NCBI GenBank assembly: GCA_900551615.1
Contig: URWN01000001.1
Location: 73,767 to 137,766 of the forward strand
Origin: an uncultured Clostridium sp.
GTDB taxonomy: Bacteria > Bacillota > Clostridia > TANB77 > CAG-508
Direction: 5' to 3'
DNA: 64,000 nucleotides
Each line of letters opens with the position of its first letter. Position 1 is the stretch's first letter. Below the pieces are notes generated by a model. The model had not been told where the DNA came from. It searched no databases and was given only the letters and a program-made list of their open reading frames with translations. Positions 6,119 to 16,700 of this stretch are shown piece after piece. The position numbers were made by a program, and so were the translations under genes.

Positions 6119-9100
6119 ATGTTTGCAAGGAGTGGAATTTTTTTGAAAGAAAACAAAAAACTAAAAATAACAGGAACAATGCTAGAAAAAAGCCAATTAG
6201 AAAAACATTTAGAAAAAATAGCATCAAACCACAATACAATGGCCAAAACACCAAAAGACACATACCCAATACCACAACTAATAGAAAATTTTAAAACAAT
6301 AGAAGAAGTATACAACTTATTAAATGAACATCTAAAACTTGGAATCAACATACACCCAGCAGGAGAATGGCTATTAGACAATTTCTATATAATAGAAGAA
6401 ACAGTAAAACAAATTCAAAAAGAATTACCATTAAATAAATACACAAACTTTGTAGGAATAGCAAATGGAGAATATAAAGGGTTTGCCAGAATATATGTAT
6501 TAGCAGCAGAAATAGTAGCATACACAGACAACAAAATAGAAAGAGAAAACTTAGAAGACTATTTAATAAGCTATCAAAGCAAAAAAACACTAAGCATGGA
6601 TGAAATATGGAATATAGGAATATTTTTACAAATAGCAATAATAGAAAACATAACAGAAATATGTGCACAAATATATAGTAGTCAAATGCAAAAATATAGA
6701 GCAGAAAACATAGCAGAAAGGCTAGTAGAAAACAAAGAAAAATCACAAATCAAATTTAAAAACAGCAATAAAATAGAAAAAGAAATATATCAAGACATGA
6801 GATATCCATTTATAGAATATATGTCATATATTTTAAAAAGATATGGGAAAAAGGCAAATGCATACTTAAATATACTTGAAGAAGTAGTAGAAAAACTAGG
6901 AACAACAGTATCAGACGTTATAAAAAAAGAACACTTTGAAATAGCCACACAAAAAGTATTAATGGGAAACAGTATAACAAGCATAAAAGAAATACAAAGA
7001 ATAAACTTTTTAGAAATATTTGAAAAAATAAATGGAGTAGAAGAAATATTAAAACAAGACCCAGTAAATGTATACGAAAAAATGGACTATAAAACAAAAG
7101 AATACTATAGAGGAAAAATAAAAGAAATAAGCAAAAAAACAAAAATATCAGAAATATATATAGCAAAGAAAATGCTAGAACTAGCACAAGAAGAAATAAA
7201 AATAACAAGCACAGAAGAACAACAAGAAACACATCAAACAGAGATACCAAAAAGAGCCCACATAGGATATTACTTAATAGATAACGGAATAAATGAATTA
7301 TATAAAAAACTAGAATACACAAACAAAAAAGAAAAAACATCACAAACTAAAACAAAAATATATATTACAACAATAACAATATTATCAGTAATATTATCAA
7401 TAATTTTAAGCTACATTCTAAATATAAAAACAAAAAATATAGCAATTACAATAATAAGTTTTATACTATTTTTAATACCATCAAGTGAAGTAATCATTCA
7501 AATAGCACAAACTATACTAAACAAAACAGTAAAACCAAAGCTAATACCCAAAATAGATTTTTCAAATGGAATAGACAAAGAAAATACAACAATGGTCGTA
7601 ATACCAACAATAGTAAAAAGCAAAGAAAAAGTAGCAGAAATGTTTCAAAATTTAGAAGTATATTATTTAGCAAATAAATCAGAAAACATATATTTCACAT
7701 TATTAGGAGACTGCTCAGAAAGCCTAACACAAGAAGAAAAATTTGACGAAGAAGTAATTCAAGAAGGAAAAAAACAAGTCGAAAGGCTAAACCAAAAATA
7801 TCAAAATGAAGAATTTCCAATATTTAATTTTATATATAGAAAAAGAGAATGGAACGAAAAAGAAGGAACTTATTTAGGCTGGGAACGAAAAAGAGGACTA
7901 TTAAATCAATTCAATGAATTCATTTTGCAAGAAAAAAATCCATTTAAAACAAATACAATGCAGTCAATACCAACAGAAAAGCTAAGAAATATAAAATATA
8001 TAATAACACTAGATGCAGACACAGACCTAGTACTAAATTCGGCATTAGAACTAGTAGGAACAATGGCCCACATACTAAATAGACCAGTAATAGATAAAGA
8101 AAAAAACATAGTAATAGATGGATATGGAATAATGCAACCGAGAGTAGGAATTAATCTAGACATAAGTTATAAAACATTATTTACAAAAATATTTGCAGGA
8201 GCAGGGGGAATAGACAGTTACACGAATGCAATATCAGATATATATCAGGATAATTTTAAAGAAGGAATCTTTACAGGAAAAGGTATATATAACCTAAAAG
8301 TATTTTCACAGGTAATGAAAAATGCAATTCCAGAAAACACAGTATTAAGTCACGATTTATTAGAAGGATGTTACTTAAGATGTGGTCTAGTTTCAGATAT
8401 TATGCTAATGGATGGGTACCCAACAAAATATATGAGCTTTATGAACAGGCTTTCAAGATGGATTAGAGGAGACTGGCAAATAACCAAATGGTTATCTAAA
8501 AAAAGCCCATTAAATACACTTTCAAAATACAAAATTTTTGATAATTTAAGAAGAAGTTTATTTGAAATTTCAATATTAGTAGCACTAATTTATATAAATA
8601 TAATTGGAAAAATATTTAATATAAATATATTAAATATAAATGTAATTTTGATTTTAATTGAAATAGTACCATTTATATTAGAATTAGTAAATTATTTAAT
8701 TGCCAAAAGAGAAGGGGAAGAAAAACAAAAAACATTTACACCCAAAATATCAGGCTTAAAAGGAATAATTTTAAGGACAATAATTACACTAGGATGTCTT
8801 CCATATAAAGCATATACTTGTTTAAAAGCAATAGCAAAAACAATATATAGAGTAGCAATAACACACAAAAACTTATTAGAATGGACAACATCAGAAGAAG
8901 CAGAAAAAACAACTAAAACAGATATAATATCATATTACAAAAACATGTTAATTAATGTGATTTCAGGAGCAATAGCCATTATATTTTATGCCAACAGTAA
9001 TAACATTCTAGCATTAGTACTTGGAATACTATGGATTATAACACCAACAATTATGTATTGCATAAGTAAAGAAAAACAAGAAAAAACAGCTATAGAATTA

Positions 9101-12100
9101 CTAACAGATAAAGAACAAAAATATATTCTAGAAATGGCAAAAAAAACATGGAACTTTTTTGAACAATATCTCAGAAAAGAAGACAACTATCTAATACCAG
9201 ACAATTATCAAGAAGACAGAAAAAATAAAATTGTTAGAAGAACATCATCAACAAATATAGGATTATCAATGATGGCAGTAATATCTGCAAATGATTTAGG
9301 ATTTATAAACTATGAGAAAACAATAGAGCTATTAAAAAATATTTTAACAACAGTAGATGAACTGCAAAAATGGAATGGGCATTTATACAATTGGTATAAT
9401 ACAGAAACAAAAGAACCATTGTATCCAAGATACGTATCAACAGTTGATAGCGGAAATTTTATTGGATATATGTATGTAATAAAAAATTGGTTAGAAAGTC
9501 AAAACAAAAAAGAACAAGTGCCTGAAATAAAAGAAAATGAAATAAACCAACTATTAGAAATAGTAGATAGAACAATAAAAAATACAGACTTCTCACACTT
9601 ATACAAAAAAGAACAAAGAATATTCTCAATCGGATTCAATATAGAAGAAAACAAACTAACAAACTCGTATTATGACTTATTAGCATCAGAAGCAAGACAA
9701 GCAAGTTTAATAGCAATAGCAAAAAAAGATGTGCCAGCAAAACACTGGAACTCACTAAGCAGAACACTTACAACACTTGGAAAATATAAAGGACTTGTAT
9801 CATGGTCTGGAACATCATTTGAATATTTAATGCCAAACATCAATATACCTAAATATAAAGGAAGCTTGTTAGATGAATCATGTAAATTTATGATAAAAAG
9901 TCAAATGGAATATGCCAAAAAATTGCAGATTCCATGGGGAATATCAGAAGCGGCATTTAATTTAAAAGACTTATACTCAAACTATCAATATAAAGCATTT
10001 GGAATTCCGTGGCTTGGACTAAAAAGAGGTTTAGCAGATGAGATGGTTGTAGCAACATATGGAAGTGTTTTGGCAATAACAGATTATCCAAAAGAGGTAT
10101 ATCAAAACTTAAAAATATTAGAAAAATACGGAATGTATAATAAATATGGATTTTACGAATCAATAGATTTTACACCAGAAAGATTAAAAAAAGGAAGCAA
10201 AGCAGAAGCAGTAAAAACATATATGGCACATCATCAAAGTTTAATTTTATTATCTATAAACAATTTATTTAACAACAATATTCTGCAAAAAAGATTTATA
10301 GAAAATCCAGAAATAAATGCAGTAAGCATTCTATTGCAAGAAACCATGCCAGAAACGGCAATAATAACAAAAGAAAACAAAGAAAAAGTAGAAAAATTTA
10401 AATATGTTGATTATGAAGACTACATCCAAGACACATACAAAAAAATAGATGAAAGATTAATAAGAGGAAATGTTATAGCAAATGAAGATTACTTTATTGC
10501 AATGAACCAAAAAGGAGAAGGAGCAAGCAAATACAAGAATATATTAATAAACAGATTCAAAAGTACAGATGACTATCCACAAGGAATATTTTTCGATATA
10601 AAAAATATAAAATCAAAAAAAATATGGAGTTCAAATTATAGTCCAAACAACGGAAAATATCAGATAAGTTTTATGCCAGATAAAATGGAACAAGAAATGA
10701 TAAATGATAATATAAAAACCAAAATTGAAACAATAATAGCACCAGATGAACCAGTAGAAATAAGAAAACTATCATTAGAAAATTTAGGAAATGAAGACGA
10801 AATACTAGAAGTAACATCTCACTTTGAGCCAGTATTATCACCAAAAGAACAAGACTATGCACATCCAGCATTTAATAATTTATTTTTAATGTTTGATTTT
10901 GACCATGAAACAAACAGCATAATTGTAAAAAGAAGAAAAAAAGCAGAGCATGAACAAAAAATATATATGGCAGTAAATTTATCCACAAATAGTGAAACAA
11001 TTGGGGATTTAGAGTATGAAATAGACGCAGAAAAGTTCACAGGAAGAGGAAATATAGGAATACCACAAATGGTAAAAAACTCAAGTCCATTTTCTAAAAA
11101 AATAGGGCTAGTAACAGAACCAGTTGTTGCATTAAAAAGAACAATGAAAACAAAAAAACAAGAAAAAACAGAAATAAATTTAATTATAGCAGTCGGAGAA
11201 ACAAAAGAAAAAGTAATAGAAAATATAAAAAAATATTCAGTTGAAGAAAACATTAAAAAGGCATTTGAACTATCAAAAGCAAAAAATGAAGCACAAACAA
11301 GATATTTAAGAATAAAAGGTTCACAAATACGAGATTATCAAAAAATATTATCATATATAATTTTCAATAATCCATCTAAAAAAATCAATTTAGAAAAATT
11401 ACCAAAAGAAAAATATAGTCAAAGTGAACTTTGGAAATATGGAATTTCAGGAGACATACCAATAATATTAGTAAAAATAAAAGATAGTAACGACACATAT
11501 GTTGTAAAAGAAGCGTTAAAAGCATATGAATTTATAAGAACAAAAGGATTTGAAACAGAACTTGTAATTATAGATGAAGAAAAATACAGCTATGAAAATT
11601 ATGTAATGGAAGATATAGAAGAAGTAATTTTAAACAGTCAATTATCATATTTAAAAAATATCAGAGGCGGAATCTTCCAATTAAACAAAAACGAAATAAG
11701 CAAAGAAGATATGAATTTATTGCAATTTATTGCAGGAATAATAATAGATGCAAAAAAAGGAGGACTAAATAATTCATTAAAAGATATAGAAGAAGAATAT
11801 TTAGAAAAATATAAAAAAATTCCAAATGAACCAGAAAATATAATTATTGAACCAGAAAATCAAGAAAATATAGACATTTTACAAAACACACAAGACTTAA
11901 AATATTACAACGAATATGGAGCATTTTCAGCAGATGGAAAAGAATATTTAATAAGAACAAACAAAGAAAACAGACTTCCAACAGTATGGTCACACATAAT
12001 GGCAAACAAAAAATTTGGAACATTAGTCACAGAAAATATGGGTGGATATACTTGGTACAAAAACAGCAGACTAAATAGAGTAACATCATGGGAAAATCAA

Positions 12101-14317
12101 CCAAACTATGACATACCATCAGAAATAATATATTTAAAAGATCAAGAAACAAAAAAGGTTTGGTCACTCGGACTAAACCCTATGCCAGATAATAAAAATT
12201 ATAATGTGATTTATGGATTTGGTTATGCTAAATTTCTTCATAAAAGCGATGGAATAGAACAAGAATTAGAAGTTTTTGTACCAAAAGAAGACAGTGTAAA
12301 AATACAAATTTTAAAATTAAAAAATATGAATTTAAGTAGAAAAACAATAAAAATTATATATTATATGAAACCAGTATTAGGAGAAGATGAGCTTAAATCA
12401 AATGGATATATAAATTTAAAATATGATAAAAATAACAATATAATATGTTCACAAAATTTATATAACTCAGAATTCAAAAATGACATTATTTATGTATCAA
12501 GTAGTGAAAAAATAAAAAGTTATACAGGAGACAAAAACTTCTTTTTAGGAAACGGAAATATATCAAACCCAGATGGGGTAAAAAAATCAAGTTTAAACAA
12601 CGAAAACAGTCTAGGAAAAAAGCCATGCATAGCATATGAAATAGAAGTAGAATTAGACAGCCTATCAGAAAAAGAAATTGTATTTTTATTAGGAGCAGAA
12701 GAATCAATTATAGACAGCAAAAACATTGCATATAAATACAGTAAAATACAAAATTGTAAGCAAGAACTTGAAAATGTAAAAACTTATTGGCGTGAACTAC
12801 TAGGAAGACTGCAAGTATATACACCACTTGAATCTATGAACATCATATTGAATGGCTGGGATATATATCAAACAATACAAAGTAGATTATTAGGTAAAAC
12901 AGGATATTATCAATCAGGAGGAGCATATGGATTTAGAGACCAACTACAAGACACACTAGCACTAAAATATTTAGAGCCACAAATGTTAAAAAATCAAATA
13001 ATAAAACATAGTAAACAACAATTTTTAGAAGGTGATGTAGAACACTGGTGGCATGAAGAAACAGGAAGAGGAATAAGAACCAGAATGTCAGACGACTTAT
13101 TGTGGCTTGTATATTTAACATGTGAATATATAGAATTTACAGGAGATATGAGCATTTTAAATGAAAAAACACCATATTTAGTAGGAAAAGAACTTGAAGA
13201 AAATGAAGATGAAAGATACGATAAATTTGAATATACAAAAGAAACGGGAAGCATATATGAACACTGTATAAAAGCAATAGAAAGAAGCCTAAACTTTGGA
13301 GAAAACGGTTTGCCTAAAATAGGAAGTGGAGACTGGAACGATGGATTTAGCAATGTTGGCCCAAAAGGCAAAGGCGAAAGCGTATGGCTTGGATTTTTCT
13401 TGTATAACGTGCTAGATAGATTTACAAAAATTATGGAACAAATAAAAGACGATTTATTAGAAAATGAAGCAACCATTGAAAACAAAATAGAAAAATATAA
13501 ATTAATAATGCAACAATTAAAAAGAGCATTAAACTCAAATGGATGGGACGGAAGATGGTACAAAAGAGCATTTATGGATGATGGAAACACATTAGGAAGC
13601 ATGGAAAATGATGAATGCAGAATAGACAGCATAGCACAAAGTTGGAGCACAATCTCAAAAGCAGGAGACAATGACAAAAAATATATATCAATGGAAAGTT
13701 TAGAAAATCACTTAATAGACAGAGAAAATGGAATAGTAAAATTACTAGATCCACCATTTGAAAAAGGAAAATTAAATCCAGGATATATAAAATCATACAT
13801 GCCAGGAGTCAGAGAAAATGGAGGACAATATACACATGCAAGTTGTTGGGTAATAATAGCAGAATCAATGTTAGGATTTGGAGACAAAGCAACTGAAATA
13901 TACAGAATGATAAATCCAATAGAACATGCGCGTACTAAAGAAAGTAGCAAAAAATACAAAGTGGAACCATATGTAATACCAGCAGACATTTATGGAGCAA
14001 GTAATTTAGCAGGAAGAGGGGGGTGGACATGGTACACTGGTTCAGCAAGTTGGTATTATAAAGCCGGAATTGAAAATATATTGGGGTTAAAAATAGAAAA
14101 TGGAGTATTAAAAATAGAACCATGTATTCCAACATCTTGGAAAGAATATAGCATAAAATATAAGTGGAAAAAGGCTATATATAATATAAATGTCAAAAAT
14201 CCAAATGGAAAAAATACAGGTGTTGAAAGGGTTATTGTAAATGGAATAGAATTGGGAGAACAAAAAGAAATAAGACTTGAAGAAAACGGAATTTTTAATG
14301 TAGAGGTTTTAATGTGA
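6119..14317 (+). CDS. cyclic beta-1,2-glucan synthase-like giant protein (GT84 glycosyltransferase + TM regions + GH94 glycan phosphorylase)
   Basis: 2732-aa uninterrupted ORF. GT region with ITLDADTDL (DxD), several TM blocks, and a C-terminal GH94-type region (GGAYGFRDQLQD, EHWWHE, GSGDWNDG). True start uncertain: ATG 6119, TTG 6143 (10 nt after AAGGAG) or ATG 6179. Confidence 0.85.
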   Translation: MFARSGIFLKENKKLKITGTMLEKSQLEKHLEKIASNHNTMAKTPKDTYPIPQLIENFKTIEEVYNLLNEHLKLGINIHPAGEWLLDNFYIIEETVKQIQKELPLNKYTNFVGIANGEYKGFARIYVLAAEIVAYTDNKIERENLEDYLISYQSKKTLSMDEIWNIGIFLQIAIIENITEICAQIYSSQMQKYRAENIAERLVENKEKSQIKFKNSNKIEKEIYQDMRYPFIEYMSYILKRYGKKANAYLNILEEVVEKLGTTVSDVIKKEHFEIATQKVLMGNSITSIKEIQRINFLEIFEKINGVEEILKQDPVNVYEKMDYKTKEYYRGKIKEISKKTKISEIYIAKKMLELAQEEIKITSTEEQQETHQTEIPKRAHIGYYLIDNGINELYKKLEYTNKKEKTSQTKTKIYITTITILSVILSIILSYILNIKTKNIAITIISFILFLIPSSEVIIQIAQTILNKTVKPKLIPKIDFSNGIDKENTTMVVIPTIVKSKEKVAEMFQNLEVYYLANKSENIYFTLLGDCSESLTQEEKFDEEVIQEGKKQVERLNQKYQNEEFPIFNFIYRKREWNEKEGTYLGWERKRGLLNQFNEFILQEKNPFKTNTMQSIPTEKLRNIKYIITLDADTDLVLNSALELVGTMAHILNRPVIDKEKNIVIDGYGIMQPRVGINLDISYKTLFTKIFAGAGGIDSYTNAISDIYQDNFKEGIFTGKGIYNLKVFSQVMKNAIPENTVLSHDLLEGCYLRCGLVSDIMLMDGYPTKYMSFMNRLSRWIRGDWQITKWLSKKSPLNTLSKYKIFDNLRRSLFEISILVALIYINIIGKIFNINILNINVILILIEIVPFILELVNYLIAKREGEEKQKTFTPKISGLKGIILRTIITLGCLPYKAYTCLKAIAKTIYRVAITHKNLLEWTTSEEAEKTTKTDIISYYKNMLINVISGAIAIIFYANSNNILALVLGILWIITPTIMYCISKEKQEKTAIELLTDKEQKYILEMAKKTWNFFEQYLRKEDNYLIPDNYQEDRKNKIVRRTSSTNIGLSMMAVISANDLGFINYEKTIELLKNILTTVDELQKWNGHLYNWYNTETKEPLYPRYVSTVDSGNFIGYMYVIKNWLESQNKKEQVPEIKENEINQLLEIVDRTIKNTDFSHLYKKEQRIFSIGFNIEENKLTNSYYDLLASEARQASLIAIAKKDVPAKHWNSLSRTLTTLGKYKGLVSWSGTSFEYLMPNINIPKYKGSLLDESCKFMIKSQMEYAKKLQIPWGISEAAFNLKDLYSNYQYKAFGIPWLGLKRGLADEMVVATYGSVLAITDYPKEVYQNLKILEKYGMYNKYGFYESIDFTPERLKKGSKAEAVKTYMAHHQSLILLSINNLFNNNILQKRFIENPEINAVSILLQETMPETAIITKENKEKVEKFKYVDYEDYIQDTYKKIDERLIRGNVIANEDYFIAMNQKGEGASKYKNILINRFKSTDDYPQGIFFDIKNIKSKKIWSSNYSPNNGKYQISFMPDKMEQEMINDNIKTKIETIIAPDEPVEIRKLSLENLGNEDEILEVTSHFEPVLSPKEQDYAHPAFNNLFLMFDFDHETNSIIVKRRKKAEHEQKIYMAVNLSTNSETIGDLEYEIDAEKFTGRGNIGIPQMVKNSSPFSKKIGLVTEPVVALKRTMKTKKQEKTEINLIIAVGETKEKVIENIKKYSVEENIKKAFELSKAKNEAQTRYLRIKGSQIRDYQKILSYIIFNNPSKKINLEKLPKEKYSQSELWKYGISGDIPIILVKIKDSNDTYVVKEALKAYEFIRTKGFETELVIIDEEKYSYENYVMEDIEEVILNSQLSYLKNIRGGIFQLNKNEISKEDMNLLQFIAGIIIDAKKGGLNNSLKDIEEEYLEKYKKIPNEPENIIIEPENQENIDILQNTQDLKYYNEYGAFSADGKEYLIRTNKENRLPTVWSHIMANKKFGTLVTENMGGYTWYKNSRLNRVTSWENQPNYDIPSEIIYLKDQETKKVWSLGLNPMPDNKNYNVIYGFGYAKFLHKSDGIEQELEVFVPKEDSVKIQILKLKNMNLSRKTIKIIYYMKPVLGEDELKSNGYINLKYDKNNNIICSQNLYNSEFKNDIIYVSSSEKIKSYTGDKNFFLGNGNISNPDGVKKSSLNNENSLGKKPCIAYEIEVELDSLSEKEIVFLLGAEESIIDSKNIAYKYSKIQNCKQELENVKTYWRELLGRLQVYTPLESMNIILNGWDIYQTIQSRLLGKTGYYQSGGAYGFRDQLQDTLALKYLEPQMLKNQIIKHSKQQFLEGDVEHWWHEETGRGIRTRMSDDLLWLVYLTCEYIEFTGDMSILNEKTPYLVGKELEENEDERYDKFEYTKETGSIYEHCIKAIERSLNFGENGLPKIGSGDWNDGFSNVGPKGKGESVWLGFFLYNVLDRFTKIMEQIKDDLLENEATIENKIEKYKLIMQQLKRALNSNGWDGRWYKRAFMDDGNTLGSMENDECRIDSIAQSWSTISKAGDNDKKYISMESLENHLIDRENGIVKLLDPPFEKGKLNPGYIKSYMPGVRENGGQYTHASCWVIIAESMLGFGDKATEIYRMINPIEHARTKESSKKYKVEPYVIPADIYGASNLAGRGGWTWYTGSASWYYKAGIENILGLKIENGVLKIEPCIPTSWKEYSIKYKWKKAIYNINVKNPNGKNTGVERVIVNGIELGEQKEIRLEENGIFNVEVLM

Positions 14318-14354
14318 GACAAGAGAGATAGTCCAATTTGTCTCACATTTTTTT
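14313..14354 (+). terminator. intrinsic terminator TGTGAGACAA-loop-TTGTCTCACA plus T7 (GAGACAA family)
   Basis: 10-bp stem 14313-14322 / 14338-14347, T-run 14348-14354. The stop codon sits inside the stem. Confidence 0.8.
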
Positions 14355-14420
14355 ACATCAAATAAAATATGCTAAAATTGTAAAAGCATATAAAAGTTTA
14401 ATAAAGTATAACCGAAACTG

Positions 14421-14449
14421 TTGAAAAACATTTATAGTTATGTTAAAAT
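14421..14449 (+). promoter_or_regulatory. SigA-type promoter TTGAAA-17-TAAAAT for the pilin-like gene
   Basis: TTGAAA at 14421-14426 and TAAAAT at 14444-14449. Leaves a leader of about 140 nt with an 11-bp stem AAATTCACAAA / TTTGTGAATTT. Confidence 0.5.
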
Positions 14450-14595
14450 CAAACTAGAAATTCACAAAATACGAATTTAAATGCGGTATACATTTAATTT
14501 GTGAATTTTAAAAATGGTACAAATGAATAATAAATTTGATAAATGGTTATATTTTTAACAGTATCATTTGAAAGATACAAAGGAGGATTTTAATA

Positions 14596-15693
14596 ATGTT
14601 AAGAAAGGAAAATAAAGGAATAACGCTAGTAGCACTAGTAATAACAATTATTATTTTATTGATATTGGCAGGTATAACGATATCATCACTAACAAATACA
14701 GGTTTATTTGCAAAAGCAAAAGAGGCAAGAGATAAAACACAAAATGCAGCAGAAAATCAAGCTAAAACATTAAATGAATATGAAGACGAATTAAATAAGT
14801 ATATCTCAGGAACAACAGGAGAAAAGGCAGAAAAATTAGCAGACAAAGTAAAAGTTGGAGATTATGTATCATATATACCAGATACAGTATCAAATACAGA
14901 TACAAAATATACAACATTAATATCAAATTTAGCAATATATTCAGGTTCAACAGCAAATACAACATCAACATTAACGCAAGAAAAAGATTTAAAATGGAGA
15001 GTACTTGATGTACAAAATGGACAAGTAAGATTAATAAGCGAAGTTCCAACTACATCAACAATAACATTATCAGGATACAATGGATATAATAATGCAGTAA
15101 AATTGATAGATGATGCATGTAGTACATTATATACTAATTCAAAATTAGCAAATAAAGTACAAAACCTAAAAATAGAAGATATAACAAAATATATGAAAAC
15201 ACAACCAACAGAAGATACAACACCATATTCACCATCAACTAAATATTATCCAGAAATATTGCTAAAAGAAAAAGAACAAACAGTAAATGGAACAGTAGGA
15301 ACAGAATTAGATGTAAGTGAACAAACAGAATTTATAAATCAAACAACAAAACCACAAGTAAATTCATGGATATTAAGAAAGACATATTGGTTTCATTCTA
15401 TGAATAATACGGACAGTTTTAAAGACACTAAATATTATGAACTGTTTATAAATAATGGAAATAATTATTCACCATATTGGGTATCATCTCGTTGTATAGA
15501 TGCTGACTCTTACCACTCAAGCTTTAATGTTCATATTGTTAATATGGGATTTATTGATGCTAATGGATTGTGCAATTCAGATACCAACAATAGTACTAAT
15601 GAATGTACTTTCCGACCATGCATAACTCTAAATTCTAATGTCCAAGTAACATCAGGAAATGGAACAGCAGAACAAGCATATGTAATAAAATAA
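14596..15693 (+). CDS. pilin-like protein with prepilin-type hydrophobic N-terminus lacking Glu5
   Basis: MLRKENKG-ITLVALVITIIILLILAGITI N-terminus, then a Thr/Asn-rich secreted-looking domain. AAGGAGG SD. Confidence 0.7.
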   Translation: MLRKENKGITLVALVITIIILLILAGITISSLTNTGLFAKAKEARDKTQNAAENQAKTLNEYEDELNKYISGTTGEKAEKLADKVKVGDYVSYIPDTVSNTDTKYTTLISNLAIYSGSTANTTSTLTQEKDLKWRVLDVQNGQVRLISEVPTTSTITLSGYNGYNNAVKLIDDACSTLYTNSKLANKVQNLKIEDITKYMKTQPTEDTTPYSPSTKYYPEILLKEKEQTVNGTVGTELDVSEQTEFINQTTKPQVNSWILRKTYWFHSMNNTDSFKDTKYYELFINNGNNYSPYWVSSRCIDADSYHSSFNVHIVNMGFIDANGLCNSDTNNSTNECTFRPCITLNSNVQVTSGNGTAEQAYVIK

Positions 15694-15894
15694 AAAAATG
15701 CGTATATTATATATTTTCAACTATAAATCAAAAAACATAGAAGAAAATATAAAAATATACGCATATATTGTTTTTAGACCAAATAAATTATGACAAAATT
15801 AAAAGAAAAAAATCAATCAAATACTTGTATAATCCCCAAAATTGTGATATAAAATACATATATAAAAATAAAGCTACAGAAAGGCGGAATTTTT

Positions 15895-16638
15895 GTGGAA
15901 GAAAATTTAGAAAAAGAAACAAAAAAAGTACTAGTAGTAGATGACGAACAAGCAATAATAGATGTACTAGTATATAATCTAAAAAAAGAAGGATATGAAA
16001 CACTAGAAGCAACAGACGGAGTAACAGCAGTAAATATGGCATTAGAACAAAAACCAGATTTAATGTTACTAGATATAATGTTACCAAAAATGGATGGGCT
16101 AACAGTGTGTAAAAGAGTAAAAAATTACTTAAATATACCAATATTAATGTTAACAGCAAAAGATGCAGAAATAGATAAAATAGTAGGGCTAGAATTAGGA
16201 GCAGATGACTATATAACAAAACCATTCAGTGTAAGAGAACTAATGGCAAGAGTAAAAGCAAATTTAAGAAAAAATGAAATATCAAATGTAAAAAAAGAAC
16301 CAATACAAGAAATATCAGAAACAGAAGCAGACAATATAATAAAAGTAAATGATTTAGAACTAGACTTAGACAGATTTGAAGTAAAAGTAAGAGGAGAAAT
16401 AATAGACCTAACTCTAAGAGAATTTGAAGTGCTAAAATTCTTAGCATCACAACCAGGCCAAGTAATTACAAGAGAAACACTACTAGAAAAAGTATGGGGA
16501 TATGAATATTATGGAGACATAAGAACAGTTGACGTTACAGTAAGAAGAATAAGAGAAAAAATAGAAAAAGACACATCTAGTCCTAAAATACTAATAACAA
16601 AAAGAGGAGTAGGATATTATATAGCAACAAAGAAATAG
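15895..16638 (+). CDS. OmpR/PhoB-family response regulator, WalR/YycF-like, no adjacent kinase
   Basis: Receiver (VVDDE, LLDIMLPKMDG, LTAKD, KPF) plus winged-helix (LTLREFEVLKFL...VWGYEYYGD.RTVDVTVRRIREK). GTG start. Confidence 0.9.
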   Translation: MEENLEKETKKVLVVDDEQAIIDVLVYNLKKEGYETLEATDGVTAVNMALEQKPDLMLLDIMLPKMDGLTVCKRVKNYLNIPILMLTAKDAEIDKIVGLELGADDYITKPFSVRELMARVKANLRKNEISNVKKEPIQEISETEADNIIKVNDLELDLDRFEVKVRGEIIDLTLREFEVLKFLASQPGQVITRETLLEKVWGYEYYGDIRTVDVTVRRIREKIEKDTSSPKILITKRGVGYYIATKK

Positions 16639-16662
16639 AAAGATAAGTTCTTTCTATTTTTT
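16636..16662 (+). terminator. intrinsic terminator TAGAAAG-loop-CTTTCTA plus T6
   Basis: 7-bp stem 16636-16642 / 16650-16656, T-run 16657-16662. Confidence 0.65.
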
Positions 16663-16668
16663 GTTATA

Positions 16669-16700
16669 GGCCAGTTGGGGCCAGTTGGGGCCAGTTGGGA
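16669..16700 (+). repeat. GC-rich decamer tandem repeat (GGCCAGTTGG)x3.2
   Basis: CCAGTTGGGG at 16671, 16681 and 16691 (the last is CCAGTTGGGA). G-tracts at 16677-80, 16687-90, 16697-99 and 16711-13. Confidence 0.85.
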
